DNA of 64,000 nt from Candidatus Saccharimonadota bacterium (lineage in GTDB: Bacteria; Patescibacteriota; Saccharimonadia; Saccharimonadales; UBA10212). Position 1 is the stretch's first letter. Each line of letters starts with the position of its first letter. Below the pieces are notes generated by a model. It searched no databases. It saw only the letters and a list, made by a program, of their open reading frames with translations, and had not been told where the DNA came from. Below are positions 1-8,961 of this stretch, piece after piece. A program made the position numbers and the translations under genes. Location: NCBI GenBank assembly GCA_016187125.1, contig JACPKF010000007.1, forward strand, positions 835 to 64,834, given 5' to 3'.

Positions 1-378
1 CTCAAGCAGTGGGAGCGGTTGGAAAATTACTTTGTCAAAAAACCATTTATCGATAACAAATCAATCAGCGGTGAAGTGCCGGCCATGATCCCTAAAAAAC
101 GGCTGATTGATAGCTGGCGAAAAGAAATTGGCAGCTATTTTTACTCAACCCGACATTTTATAAGGCGCCTGGCCGTAAGGATGCTTAATTCGCGCCGAGC
201 TAAAGTCAGTACTTTGGTTGAGCACGTCCACTATGTGGCTGATCGCGGTGACCGGTATGCCTGGACGGTTCGTGGCACGATTGACTACATTTTAGTTAAG
301 ACCGCGACTGACACCTGGAAAATCTCTCAGATGATATTTAAGGTTACTGACCAAGCCGTGAGGCCTATTAGTGCTTAA
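1..378 (+). CDS. hypothetical protein, C-terminal part (ORF open at window start)
   Basis: Frame 1 has no stop from nt 1 to 378. No recognisable motif. Confidence 0.35.
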   Translation, partial: LKQWERLENYFVKKPFIDNKSISGEVPAMIPKKRLIDSWRKEIGSYFYSTRHFIRRLAVRMLNSRRAKVSTLVEHVHYVADRGDRYAWTVRGTIDYILVKTATDTWKISQMIFKVTDQAVRPISA

Positions 379-797
379 CGTATTAGGCTTTCTTCGCTAA
401 CGCCTTCAGCGACCAGATAGTTATAAAGAACCTCTCTGTCGGCTTCGTTTAAAATATATCTTTTGCCTTTATTATCTATTACCTCCCGCGTAGCATGGGC
501 TTGATAAGCCCAGTATCTACGGACAAACGTGGATACATCCTTGGGATGGATTCCAAAACTATCATAGTTTCTGAAATCCCCATAAAATTCTATATCTCTG
601 CCGAGATTTGGGTAGCCTTCTATCGCCCCATCTAGGTATCTGATAGCATACTGCGATTGTTGGTCCATTAAGACTGTAGCTATTCCATCAATACCGACAA
701 ATCCATCTGGGCCTAAGTCAAATTGTCTGCCTAGCTCATCGGTGTAGTGGTGGCCCCCTTCGGCTAATTTAAACTGCATAATTTTCAAACTATACAT
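375..797 (-). CDS. hypothetical protein (140 aa)
   Basis: Intact ORF convergent with the previous one. No motif recognised. Confidence 0.45.
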   Translation of the reverse strand: MYSLKIMQFKLAEGGHHYTDELGRQFDLGPDGFVGIDGIATVLMDQQSQYAIRYLDGAIEGYPNLGRDIEFYGDFRNYDSFGIHPKDVSTFVRRYWAYQAHATREVIDNKGKRYILNEADREVLYNYLVAEGVSEESLIR

Positions 798-872
798 TAA
801 AAATTAGCCTCTGTCAAAGATGAGCGTCTGAGCAAGTCTGCGTTACAATAAAGCAATAAAGGTGGGTACGAT

Positions 873-1541
873 TTGAACATACTGATTGTCTATGCGCACC
901 ATGAACCGTCGTCTTTTGTGGCGGCTATGAAGAACACCGCTATTGAGATTTTGTCCAGGGAAGGGCATAGTGTTGTAGTTAGTGACTTGTATGGACAAGG
1001 CTTTAGCGCGGTTGCCCAAAAGTGGGATTTTGTAACAACTTCAGGCAACCACTTTAACTATATGTTCGAGCAAAAACACGCCGCTAAGTTAGATTTAGCC
1101 TTTTCGCCTGATATTTTAAGCGAGATTCAGAAATTACAAACCGCCGATCTGGTGTTATTTGTATCACCGATATGGTGGTTTAGCGTCCCGGCAATCTTGA
1201 AAGGCTGGTTTGATCGGGTGCTGGCCATGGGCGTAGCTTGGGACGGTGGCAAAATTTATGAAAAAGGCCTACTGCGGGGCAAGCAAGCGATGCTGATAGT
1301 GGCTGGTGGCGGACCGACCGAGTATTACCAAGAAAGTGGTCGGCACAAAGCCACAGCGGTGCAAATTCTGCATCCCATCAACCACGGCACGCTGGCTTTT
1401 TGTGGCTTTGACGTCCATGATCCGTTTGTCGCCCTCAATGTTTTAGGCCTAAGCGATCAAGGCAGACTCAAACTTCTAACGGACCTGCAGTATAGGTTGC
1501 AGCATATGCTGGATAGCCCCAACTGGTTAATCCGATATTAA
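873..1541 (+). CDS. NAD(P)H dehydrogenase (quinone) / flavodoxin-like fold oxidoreductase
   Basis: N-terminus MNILIVYAHHEPSSF and the FVSPIWWFSVPAILKGWFDRV segment are typical of the Flavodoxin_2/NQO1-like family. SD aaggtggg precedes a TTG start. Confidence 0.75.
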   Translation: MNILIVYAHHEPSSFVAAMKNTAIEILSREGHSVVVSDLYGQGFSAVAQKWDFVTTSGNHFNYMFEQKHAAKLDLAFSPDILSEIQKLQTADLVLFVSPIWWFSVPAILKGWFDRVLAMGVAWDGGKIYEKGLLRGKQAMLIVAGGGPTEYYQESGRHKATAVQILHPINHGTLAFCGFDVHDPFVALNVLGLSDQGRLKLLTDLQYRLQHMLDSPNWLIRY

Positions 1542-1560
1542 ATAACAGATTAGAATATGT

Positions 1561-1661
1561 AAATAGATTCAGCGGGCCTACTTCGCCGTAGTAGCGCTTG
1601 GGCTACGATCCATTCTCCGTAGTACTACGAAGGATGAAAGGCTGAATCGCTGAATCTATTC
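1561..1661. repeat. MITE-like palindromic element with termini aaatagattcagcg / cgctgaatctatt
   Basis: Terminal inverted repeats enclose internal hairpins (cgtagtactacg). The same termini occur as a minimal hairpin at 41646-41683. The related core ttcagcgatcgctgaa occurs at 12792-12829 and 32187-32216. Confidence 0.7.
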
Positions 1662-1731
1662 CTAACCCTAAGTACTTGTCCGAACCAGCTTGCTACAAGG
1701 ATAATCCTTGTAGCACTCTTGTAGCACTAAC

Positions 1732-2011
1732 CTACTTTTCCAAAGTAGCAAACTATCCTACTTTTTGGTCCGTCAATCCGCCAGCTGGCGGAGCCGCAAA
1801 ACTCCCGGGATATTCGCAAAGCTAGATTGAGTCTAGTTGCAGACAAAAGCCGCACCAAAACAACTCCCTATGGTCGGTCTCGTTCTATTATCGGCGGAGG
1901 AACTCGACTCAGTTTTGGCTGGACTCGACTTTTGCCTGCCTAGCCTCATCTGTTTGCTCGAGTCCCGCAATTAAAAAAGGGTCCGCTCAGGGCTCAGCAG
2001 ATGCCCGGACC
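1732..2011 (+). repeat. copy A of a structured non-coding repeat family (A/B/C/D/E)
   Basis: Aligns block by block with 29683-29917 and 18340-18545: ctactttNNaaagtag, caaaactcccggg, gccgcNccNaaacaac, agtttNggNt, catctg...cagatgcccggacc. It ends 1 nt into the stop codon of the minus-strand ORF. Confidence 0.7.
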
Positions 2012-2355
2012 TACTTGTACTTACTGAGAAGTTCGTCTAGTTTTACTAGGATAGGGGAGCGCCAATCAAATTCAAGCTGTGTTCTTATAAACCGTACGAA
2101 CTCTTTATCTGTAGCCGATAAATTTTGTTTCTCTAACTGATGAATTTTACTAAGTATTTCGTAGTCTGTATCTGCGGCTAGGACATATTGATTAGCTTCT
2201 TCCGACGAAACTTCATTGCTTGCTTGAAGTTTTGACTTACGTTCTTTAAGAAGTTTTTGATATTCTCGATCATTTTCAAGTGCCTCGCGTAATTTATCAC
2301 CACTTAAGCCTTGATTAACGTAATAATTTTGCACTTGTTGGAGTGACTTAGACAT
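2011..2355 (-). CDS. hypothetical protein (114 aa), cassette-like ORF
   Basis: Intact ORF bracketed by direct repeats of gcccggacct (2003-2012 and 2511-2520). Confidence 0.5.
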   Translation of the reverse strand: MSKSLQQVQNYYVNQGLSGDKLREALENDREYQKLLKERKSKLQASNEVSSEEANQYVLAADTDYEILSKIHQLEKQNLSATDKEFVRFIRTQLEFDWRSPILVKLDELLSKYK

Positions 2356-2520
2356 GTCTCAATCATAGCAAATTCATCTGTCTGCTCCGGATCACAGCCT
2401 GAGCGGAGTAGCCCCGCCCATCTCGATAAGCGGGGTTATGGAGCTTCAAGTTTTAGTGCTCGGGTTTTTACTAATGCTTGCCGTGTAGTGAGCTTTGCTC
2501 TACTACTGCGGCCCGGACCT
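2356..2520 (+). repeat. copy D: 3' module only of the A/B/C/D/E repeat family
   Basis: Starts with tagcaaattcatctgtc and ends with gcggcccggacct. The central part is expanded relative to copy B. Confidence 0.6.
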
Positions 2521-2522
2521 GC

Positions 2523-3059
2523 TTAGCCGCTTTTTGTAATAGAAAGGGTTATTGAATTAGGAAGAGAGCCGAAAAGCTTGCCGGGCACAAGTAACTTTGA
2601 CTTCTTTATCCCACTACCGATTACCACTTTCTCTGTTTCTAGCACCGCAGTATCTACTAACAAAGACCAGTCAGCGGGTAGGCCGATCGGTGTAATACCG
2701 CCGAACTCCATTCTTGTTAGCAAGACGGCTTTATTCGTGGGTGCAAAAGAGGCTTTTCGCGCCTCCAAATGCCTGCGGATTATACCGTTAATATCGGCTC
2801 TAGCGGTTGCTAAAATCAGGCAGGCCGCGTACCACACTTTATCTGCCCGCTTTGCTTCAACTATTACGCAATTAGCCGATACTTCCATGTTTATATTGTA
2901 ATGCTTGCAGAAGGCTGCTGTATCTGTTAACTGAGGATTTATTTCTGCTACCAGTACATCAGTAAGATTATTTGTTTTGGTACTTTCATTAACCGAGCTT
3001 GCAATTAAATCTAATCGTTCCTCAACAGGAACGAACTCTAATTTACCAAGTTTCATCAT
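2523..3059 (-). CDS. YbaK/EbsC-like aminoacyl-tRNA editing (deacylase) domain protein
   Basis: The segment CVIVEAKRADKVWYAACLILATARADINGIIRRHL...FGGITPIGLP matches the YbaK/ProRS-associated domain pattern. Confidence 0.65.
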   Translation of the reverse strand: MMKLGKLEFVPVEERLDLIASSVNESTKTNNLTDVLVAEINPQLTDTAAFCKHYNINMEVSANCVIVEAKRADKVWYAACLILATARADINGIIRRHLEARKASFAPTNKAVLLTRMEFGGITPIGLPADWSLLVDTAVLETEKVVIGSGIKKSKLLVPGKLFGSLPNSITLSITKSG

Positions 3060-3274
3060 TACTCCTTAAATTTAAAATACTCCGATTTGATCGGATTTAA
3101 CTCAGACAGTCGGGGTAATTAGAATCCTTTAAATGTTGCCATGTTTATTAACATATTAGCAAAGCCTACTGTTTTTGGAAGGCGGTCCGGAGGCGGAGGA
3201 TTTCACCCAGCATTTTGTTAGGATTTTCATTTTGTAATAATCAGCCCGCAATAGCTAACCTATTGCCAGTAAAC

Positions 3275-3856
3275 TTACTTGGCGCGGGCAGCGCTAAGGG
3301 CGTCGCTGTACCACCTCAACTCCTCTAGCAGACTGTGCAGCGCTGCAGCCGGCCCGTAAGGCTGGGCTTTAACCTCTTCGCTTAGCTCTCCTTCCTCGTT
3401 AAGTTTTTCAGCAGCTGCGCTAAGTGCGACTTGGCGCGGTGTTATTGCCGCGCCCGACTCACTCAAAACTTCCTTTAAGTGGACAATCGCCCGGGCTCCG
3501 CCAACGGAGCCTTGCGACACCACGGTTGCCGGTTTCTTAGTAAGTTCTACGGTTATATAATCCAGAGCGTTTTTTAAGACTCCCGGGATTGAGTGGTTAT
3601 ATTCCGGCGTGACAAAAACGTAAGCCTCGCCCTCGGCAATTTTATCCATCCATTTTTGGACTACAACGCTTGGTTTTCTCTCGGGGTTGTAGCGTGGACT
3701 TTTGGGTTCGTCAAAAAGGGGCATAGGGTAGTCTTTGAGGTCAACTAAGTCTACTTTGGTACCAGGCAGGTTGGCAGCTTCTTTGGCCACCCATTTAGCA
3801 ACTCGCTCGCTTACACGTCCAGGGCGTGTGCTGCCGATAACTACTATTAGTTTCAT
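3275..3856 (-). CDS. NADPH-dependent FMN reductase
   Basis: N-terminus MKLIVVIGSTRPGRVSERVAKWV and the FVTPEYNHSIPGVLKNALD motif are typical of the FMN_red family. Confidence 0.8.
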   Translation of the reverse strand: MKLIVVIGSTRPGRVSERVAKWVAKEAANLPGTKVDLVDLKDYPMPLFDEPKSPRYNPERKPSVVVQKWMDKIAEGEAYVFVTPEYNHSIPGVLKNALDYITVELTKKPATVVSQGSVGGARAIVHLKEVLSESGAAITPRQVALSAAAEKLNEEGELSEEVKAQPYGPAAALHSLLEELRWYSDALSAARAK

Positions 3857-3869
3857 AAAATCCTTTCGA

Positions 3870-4157
3870 TTACAGTTTATTTACGTTAATGCCGCTACGC
3901 AGCAGCAGGGCTTTATTCAAAGTATAGTTTTTGGCTGCACCGGCCTTCGATTCTATAATTACTCCGGATTCAACCAGTCGTTGAAAATGATGGCTGAGCG
4001 TCGGCTGGCTGAGGATGCTTTTTTGGCACAGTGCCTCGCCGCTGGTGCCGGCAGGGCAGGCGGCTAATTTGCGCACCATCGAAAGGCGCGTTGGGTCGGC
4101 CAAGGCCTTCAAAACTTTAATTGTACCGCTTTGTTTGGGGGCCATTACTTGATTCAT
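3870..4157 (-). CDS. ArsR/SmtB-family winged-helix transcriptional regulator
   Basis: LKALADPTRLSMVRKLA ... QPTLSHHFQRLVESGVI is the ArsR HTH signature. The start was chosen at the internal Met (ORF extends to 4202). Confidence 0.75.
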   Translation of the reverse strand: MNQVMAPKQSGTIKVLKALADPTRLSMVRKLAACPAGTSGEALCQKSILSQPTLSHHFQRLVESGVIIESKAGAAKNYTLNKALLLRSGINVNKL

Positions 4158-4333
4158 TACTCTTACACTACTTACTCTACTTACTTTATATAAACATGTC
4201 AATATTTAAATATAGAAATGTTTCAATGAAATGAAGGAAGCTGTAGAAGTGTGTGCAAAAGTGAGAATGAAGAGAGGCAGAAAGTGAATACGATGCGGGG
4301 AGGGTGAGTTGAAACTGAGATATAATTCAAGAT

Positions 4334-5005
4334 ATGAGTTTAAGCGGGGTGGAAAAGAGATACTTGCAGATGCTGGGACTGCTCAGCGGGCTATGCCTGA
4401 GCTTATTTAGCCTTAGGCTGCTGGCAACGGGTGTGTCGCGCTACTGGTTTGTACCGGAAAACTTGCTGCTGGCCTGGTTGGCACTAATTTTTGGCTGGCT
4501 TTTGATGAGGCAGCTGGACCGTAGCGGTTGGCGCAACTGGCGGGCTCTTGTTTTAACTGGGTTTTGGCTACTATTCTTACCGAATGCTTGGTACGTCATG
4601 ACCGATTTTATCCATGTCTTTGACAGCGGGGAGATAAGCTATATTTATGATATTGCCATGATCAGCACGCTGACACTAACCGGTTTTTTGCTGGGCTTTA
4701 CCAGTTTATTTATGGTACATCGACAAATGCTCAGGCGTATGGGCTATTTATCGGGCTTTGTGGTGATAGAAATAGTCATATTGCTGGCCAGCTTTGCTAT
4801 TTATCTAGGCCGCGATCTCCGCTGGAACACCTGGGATATCCTAACTAACCCCAGCGGCTTGATCTTAAGCATTACCGACCGGCTGATAAATCCCTTTGGT
4901 TTTCCGCGAGCGGTGAACGTTACGGCCATTTTCTTTGTAGTTATCAGTATTATGTACCTAGCTATCTGGCTGTTCCTTAAGCCAGTCGCAACCAGAAAGA
5001 CCTAA
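4334..5005 (+). CDS. polytopic membrane protein, DUF1361-like
   Basis: Multiple hydrophobic helices. The LFLPNAWYVMTDFIHV motif resembles the DUF1361 PNAPY..TD..H motif. Confidence 0.6.
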   Translation: MSLSGVEKRYLQMLGLLSGLCLSLFSLRLLATGVSRYWFVPENLLLAWLALIFGWLLMRQLDRSGWRNWRALVLTGFWLLFLPNAWYVMTDFIHVFDSGEISYIYDIAMISTLTLTGFLLGFTSLFMVHRQMLRRMGYLSGFVVIEIVILLASFAIYLGRDLRWNTWDILTNPSGLILSITDRLINPFGFPRAVNVTAIFFVVISIMYLAIWLFLKPVATRKT

Positions 5006-5021
5006 CTGGTATGATATCTCC

Positions 5022-6755
5022 ATGGACGAGTTAAAGGAGGTAGTCAAAAAAGCCTCCAAAGATCTTTTTGGTGTTGATATTGAACCGGAACTGGCGCGGC
5101 CGGAAGAGCAGTTTGGCGATTACAGCACCAACGTGGCTTTGCAATTGGCCGCCCAACTAGATAATCCACCAGCAGGCGGACCTCGCGAAATCGCCGAGCA
5201 ACTAAGCAAAAGTGTGATAGGTTTAACCTATCACATTAAAAAGGTTAAGGTGGCTGGGCCAGGATTTATTAATTTTTGGTTGGCTGACAGTGTCTTGTTG
5301 GACGAGCTTAGTAAAGTAGACTCCAGTTATGGCAAAAACCAGCTTCACGCTGGCAAAACGGTAGTTGCTGAATATTCCGATCCAAATCCGTTTAAAGTTC
5401 TGCATGTAGGACATTTATATACCAGCGTGGTTGGTGACAGCATTGCCAAATTATTTGAAGCCGCTGGTGCCAATGTCCACCGTGTCAATTTTGGCGGCGA
5501 TGTTGGCCTTCATGTTGCCAAAACCATGTGGGCGATTATAGGTAAGTTAGAAGGAGAACATCCCGAAAAACTGGCAAAAATACCGGCCGAGAAACGCGCC
5601 GACTGGTTGGCCAAAGAATATGTCACAGGCAGTCTTGCGTATGGGGATGACAAGAGGATTGATGATGAAATCGAAGAACTGAACAAGCGAATTTATCAGA
5701 TACAAAATGACCAGGATAAAACTTCTGAGCTAGCCCGGATTTATTGGACTACTCGGCAGTGGAGCTACGACTATTTTGATGAATTTTATAAGCGTATTGG
5801 CTCAGGCTTTGAGAAATATTATCCAGAAAGTGCCACAGTTGAGCCTGGAATGAAAATAGTTAAAGCCAACATTGGCAAAGTTTTTGAAAAATCAGACGGT
5901 GCGGTTGTTTTTAAGGGCGAAGTCCACAACATGCATACTCGAGTATTCATAAATAGCCAAGGGCTGCCGACTTACGAGACTAAAGATGTTGGGCTAATCC
6001 TCAAAAAGTGGGAAGATTACCATTTTGATCGCTCGGTTGTAATTACGGCCAATGAAATCTATGAGTATATGCAGGTGGTTTTGAAAGCAGTTGAGCAGTT
6101 TGCACCCGATCTGGTTCAGAAAACTACTCATATTACGCATGGCTTAGTAAAGCTGGCTGCTGAAAGTCCTGAGCAAGGTCGAAGGAGCGGCACAAAAATG
6201 AGCAGCCGCAGTGGCAACATTATTGGGGCTGAGGAGGTGTTGGATGCGGCCATGACCGCTAATAAACAGATTAACCAGCAAGAAAATGCCGATACGGCTC
6301 TTGGTGCTGTCAAATATGCCTTTTTGAAAAATCGCATCGGCGCCGATATTATTTTTGACCCGGCCGAATCAGTCAGTCTGCAAGGTAACAGCGGGCCGTA
6401 TCTTCAATATGCGCTTGTTCGCGCAAAAAGTATTTTGCGCAAGTCCTCAGTCCCTAGTCCTCAGTCCCTAGCTAAAGACTCTCAGCTCACAGCTCTGAAC
6501 TCTTCCGAGCGATCTCTCGCTAGGAAGCTCGGTGAATACCCGGAAGTGGTTGAAAAAGCCGTAACCGAATTGATGCCGCATCATGTCTGTACCTATTTAT
6601 ATGAGCTGGCACAGATTTTTAATCGGTTTTATGAAAGTAATCACGTGATTGGCGATCCTCGGGAAAGTTTGCGCCTAAAACTTGTTCAAGCCTATGCCCA
6701 AGTTTTAAAAAATGGCCTGGGGTTGCTCAACATTCCAGCGCCAGAAAGGATGTAG
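5022..6755 (+). CDS. argS: arginine--tRNA ligase
   Basis: 577 aa with a class I HIGH motif (HVGHLYTSVVGD) and the ArgRS anticodon-binding C-terminus. It contains a tandem-repeat insert at 6441-6500. Confidence 0.95.
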   Translation: MDELKEVVKKASKDLFGVDIEPELARPEEQFGDYSTNVALQLAAQLDNPPAGGPREIAEQLSKSVIGLTYHIKKVKVAGPGFINFWLADSVLLDELSKVDSSYGKNQLHAGKTVVAEYSDPNPFKVLHVGHLYTSVVGDSIAKLFEAAGANVHRVNFGGDVGLHVAKTMWAIIGKLEGEHPEKLAKIPAEKRADWLAKEYVTGSLAYGDDKRIDDEIEELNKRIYQIQNDQDKTSELARIYWTTRQWSYDYFDEFYKRIGSGFEKYYPESATVEPGMKIVKANIGKVFEKSDGAVVFKGEVHNMHTRVFINSQGLPTYETKDVGLILKKWEDYHFDRSVVITANEIYEYMQVVLKAVEQFAPDLVQKTTHITHGLVKLAAESPEQGRRSGTKMSSRSGNIIGAEEVLDAAMTANKQINQQENADTALGAVKYAFLKNRIGADIIFDPAESVSLQGNSGPYLQYALVRAKSILRKSSVPSPQSLAKDSQLTALNSSERSLARKLGEYPEVVEKAVTELMPHHVCTYLYELAQIFNRFYESNHVIGDPRESLRLKLVQAYAQVLKNGLGLLNIPAPERM

Positions 6756-6883
6756 CACCCGCCGAAACTTTTTATCAGTAAATGTCGCGTGGGTCATACA
6801 AAGTAGCTGATTTTCATTTCGTTAAAGACAATAAGTAGTGAGAGAATCAATCCATAAGACGATAAAAAGTTTAGGAGGGTAAA

Positions 6884-7300
6884 ATGGCAAAGAAGTTTAG
6901 GGATGAAGAGTTAAAGAAAAAACTTACGCTGGAGCAGTACCATATCCTGCGCGAAAAGGGGACAGAGGCTCCATTTACCGGCAAATATCTCGACCACAAA
7001 GAAGCCGGCATGTACACCTGCGCTGTCTGCGGCGCGGAACTTTTCAGCTCAAAATCTAAGTTTGAGTCCACGGCTCCGGGTCTGGCCGGTTGGCCAAGCT
7101 TCAGTGAGGCGACTAGTAACAAAGCTTTGGAACTAAAAGAGGATAATAGCAATGACCTGAACAGGATAGAAGTTACATGTGCTAACTGCGGCAGCCACTT
7201 GGGACATCTCTTCAAGGATGCACCCGACCATCCCTCCGGCAGGCACTTTTGCATTAACTCTGCCTGTCTGGGATTTGCGCCGACTGAAGATAAAAAATGA
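6884..7300 (+). CDS. msrB: peptide-methionine (R)-S-oxide reductase
   Basis: Contains CAVCGAELFSS...GWPSF...CANCGSHLGHLF, i.e. the SelR/MsrB Zn-Cys and catalytic motifs. Confidence 0.9.
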   Translation: MAKKFRDEELKKKLTLEQYHILREKGTEAPFTGKYLDHKEAGMYTCAVCGAELFSSKSKFESTAPGLAGWPSFSEATSNKALELKEDNSNDLNRIEVTCANCGSHLGHLFKDAPDHPSGRHFCINSACLGFAPTEDKK

Positions 7301-7600
7301 AGCCTCCACGGGTTTACCCCACGCACCAGAAGGCCACCGACTCCTGTCGGTGGATGATAGTTGGCGCATTGGCCTTCGGTGCGGGGTTTCGCACCGTAAT
7401 CTGGGAAGCCGCCAACTCCTGTTGGCGGTGCTTCACACCCGTGGTATCCTTCATTTCTTCGGCGGAATCCGCCGAAGCACCCTCCTTCGCTTTCCAAGCT
7501 TCGGAGGGTCCACCGTTTGCCTTCATCCATGGGCTTAGGCCCATGGTCTTTGTGCGAATGCGGATAAGCATAAAGAGGTTGCTAATAAGTAGGCTTAGGC
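7301..7600. other. hairpin-dense GC-rich non-coding block (candidate structured RNA or nested small repeats)
   Basis: Hairpins: ccaccgac-TCCT-gtcggtgg (7334-7353), gccaac-TCCT-gttggc (7411-7426), cttcggcgg-aat-ccgccgaag (7457-7477), catgggcttaggcccatg. Overlapping ORFs on both strands have no coding signal. Confidence 0.5.
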
Positions 7601-7639
7601 GTACATTTACAGTATAAGTATTAAGGAGGGGCGAAGGTC

Positions 7640-7867
7640 ATGAACGAGTTCAATAAAATGTTAAAAAACCAAACAGTTAATAATCTTGCCACGGCTTTTA
7701 TTTTTGGGGGAGCCACGCTAGGCTTCTTTACTAGCGTTGGTAACACGCTCTTTGGTAGTCTATTTAGTACTGGTGCTACTTGGGAATGGAAGCCATTTTT
7801 TACTGAACTAGTCGTCTATGTAGTCCTCATCGGCATCGCTTGGTGGGTCAATTTACAAGCCCGATAA
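7640..7867 (+). CDS. small membrane protein (75 aa)
   Basis: Two hydrophobic helices. SD aaggagg lies upstream of the ATG. Confidence 0.45.
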   Translation: MNEFNKMLKNQTVNNLATAFIFGGATLGFFTSVGNTLFGSLFSTGATWEWKPFFTELVVYVVLIGIAWWVNLQAR

Positions 7868-7946
7868 GAAATTTGCGCTGTAACTGGAGCCCTTGACTTC
7901 TTCGATAGAAGGCAGTTAGTCAACGACATTTGTTAAAATTGGCTAT

Positions 7947-8282
7947 ATGACGCATAAGCAGGTGGAAAAATATATATTGAGTATGCCTGGCGCTGAGCTA
8001 GATTATCCGTTTGGCGAAGACGTGGCGGTATATAAAGTCGGTCCGGCAGCTGCCGGTAAAATGTTCGCGCTAATTGCTGAAAATAAAGAACCAGTCCAAC
8101 TAAGTCTAAAATGCGATCCGCTGCTGGCCGAAACCCTGCGTGCCAAATATGAAACCGTTCTGCCGGGCTATCACTTAAATAAAAAACACTGGAACACAAT
8201 TTTACTCACTGGCCAGCTTTCCTGGGACGAAATTGAGGACTTAATCCGTCATAGCTACAACCTCGTCGCAGACTCGAAGTAG
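7947..8282 (+). CDS. MmcQ/YjbR-family protein
   Basis: The pattern YILSMPGAELDYPFGEDVAVYKV...LPGYHLNKKHWNTI matches the YjbR family. Confidence 0.7.
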   Translation: MTHKQVEKYILSMPGAELDYPFGEDVAVYKVGPAAAGKMFALIAENKEPVQLSLKCDPLLAETLRAKYETVLPGYHLNKKHWNTILLTGQLSWDEIEDLIRHSYNLVADSK

Positions 8283-8291
8283 CTTGTTGTA

Positions 8292-8333
8292 AGTACCCCA
8301 CTTTTGGTCCGATCGGACCAAAAGTGGGGTACT
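8292..8333. terminator. bidirectional hairpin terminator, perfect 42-nt palindrome centred on CCGATCGG
   Basis: agtaccccacttttggtccga|tcggaccaaaagtggggtact lies between convergent genes. A sister palindrome is at 25249-25288. Confidence 0.7.
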
Positions 8334-8346
8334 TTAGTATCTTAAT

Positions 8347-8961
8347 CTATTTGAATTGGGGCGCTGATAGAATTTGCTGAGTGCTGCTATAAGCCTCTTT
8401 TAAGGTCACGCCTAAATCCTTAGGGGCGCTAGCGTAAGCATTGTTAAGAGCCGAACTATAGTCCGCTAAATTTGTTTTTAGGTAGTTCAAGTAGGTTTTG
8501 TCATAATTGTTATTTTGCGACGCGGCTTGCAACTCGTCATCAGTAGATTTATTATGCCTAGCGTTTAATTTTTTAGGATCGGTCTTTATTTTATGAGCTT
8601 TTAAATATTTGGCTATTTCCTGCTTCTCGCTACTTAAAGAGTCGCCGGTAGTTAGAGCTAGAGCTTTAGTGTCGTCGGCCGTAGCTTGCTGACGGGCAAG
8701 CGTACTGACACGGGAAATCTCCTGAGCTCGAGCCATAATATCAATTAACTGAGCACTATTACTTACCCGTTTGCCAAAAAGGAGCGAAAATAGCAGAATA
8801 CCTATAATTAAAACTAAAGACACTCCAGCTATCAGCACGGCCGGTTTTGGTAAGCCAGACCAAGGGAAATGCCGGGGAGGTTTAGGCGAATCTTTTAAAA
8901 TAAAATCAAATTGCCCAGGAGCGGGGGAAGCTGGCTGCGTGTTTTGAGATGACATAAGCAC
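8347..8961 (-). CDS. membrane-anchored hypothetical protein (204 aa)
   Basis: Single N-terminal TM helix (AVLIAGVSLVLIIGILLFSLLF) followed by a polar domain. Confidence 0.5.
   Translation of the reverse strand: MLMSSQNTQPASPAPGQFDFILKDSPKPPRHFPWSGLPKPAVLIAGVSLVLIIGILLFSLLFGKRVSNSAQLIDIMARAQEISRVSTLARQQATADDTKALALTTGDSLSSEKQEIAKYLKAHKIKTDPKKLNARHNKSTDDELQAASQNNNYDKTYLNYLKTNLADYSSALNNAYASAPKDLGVTLKEAYSSTQQILSAPQFK

Noticed and set aside
2578-4067. Antisense ORFs 2578-2901(+) and 3735-4067(+) inside the YbaK-like, FMN-reductase and ArsR genes
   Set aside because: They lie fully within better-supported opposite-strand genes that have recognisable family motifs.
7301-7600. RNase P RNA or tmRNA
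   Set aside because: I could not find the RNase P CR-I (GAGGAAAGUCCGGGC) or CR-V (ACAGAACCCGGCUUA) motifs. I also found no tmRNA acceptor/T-arm or tag ORF on either strand.
7540-7608. Possible displaced msrB 3' end (…CANADKHKEVANK*) analogous to the other duplicated gene ends
   Set aside because: The similarity to the real end (…GFAPTEDKK*) is weak at both the nucleotide and peptide level, and an in-frame stop lies just upstream. This is not enough evidence.
6871-7617. Long ORFs on both strands over msrB and the downstream block (219 aa minus strand, 119 and 106 aa plus strand)
   Set aside because: They overlap the well-supported msrB frame or a GC-rich hairpin region. They have low-complexity Gly/Pro/Arg-rich translations and no start signals, so they were treated as shadow ORFs.
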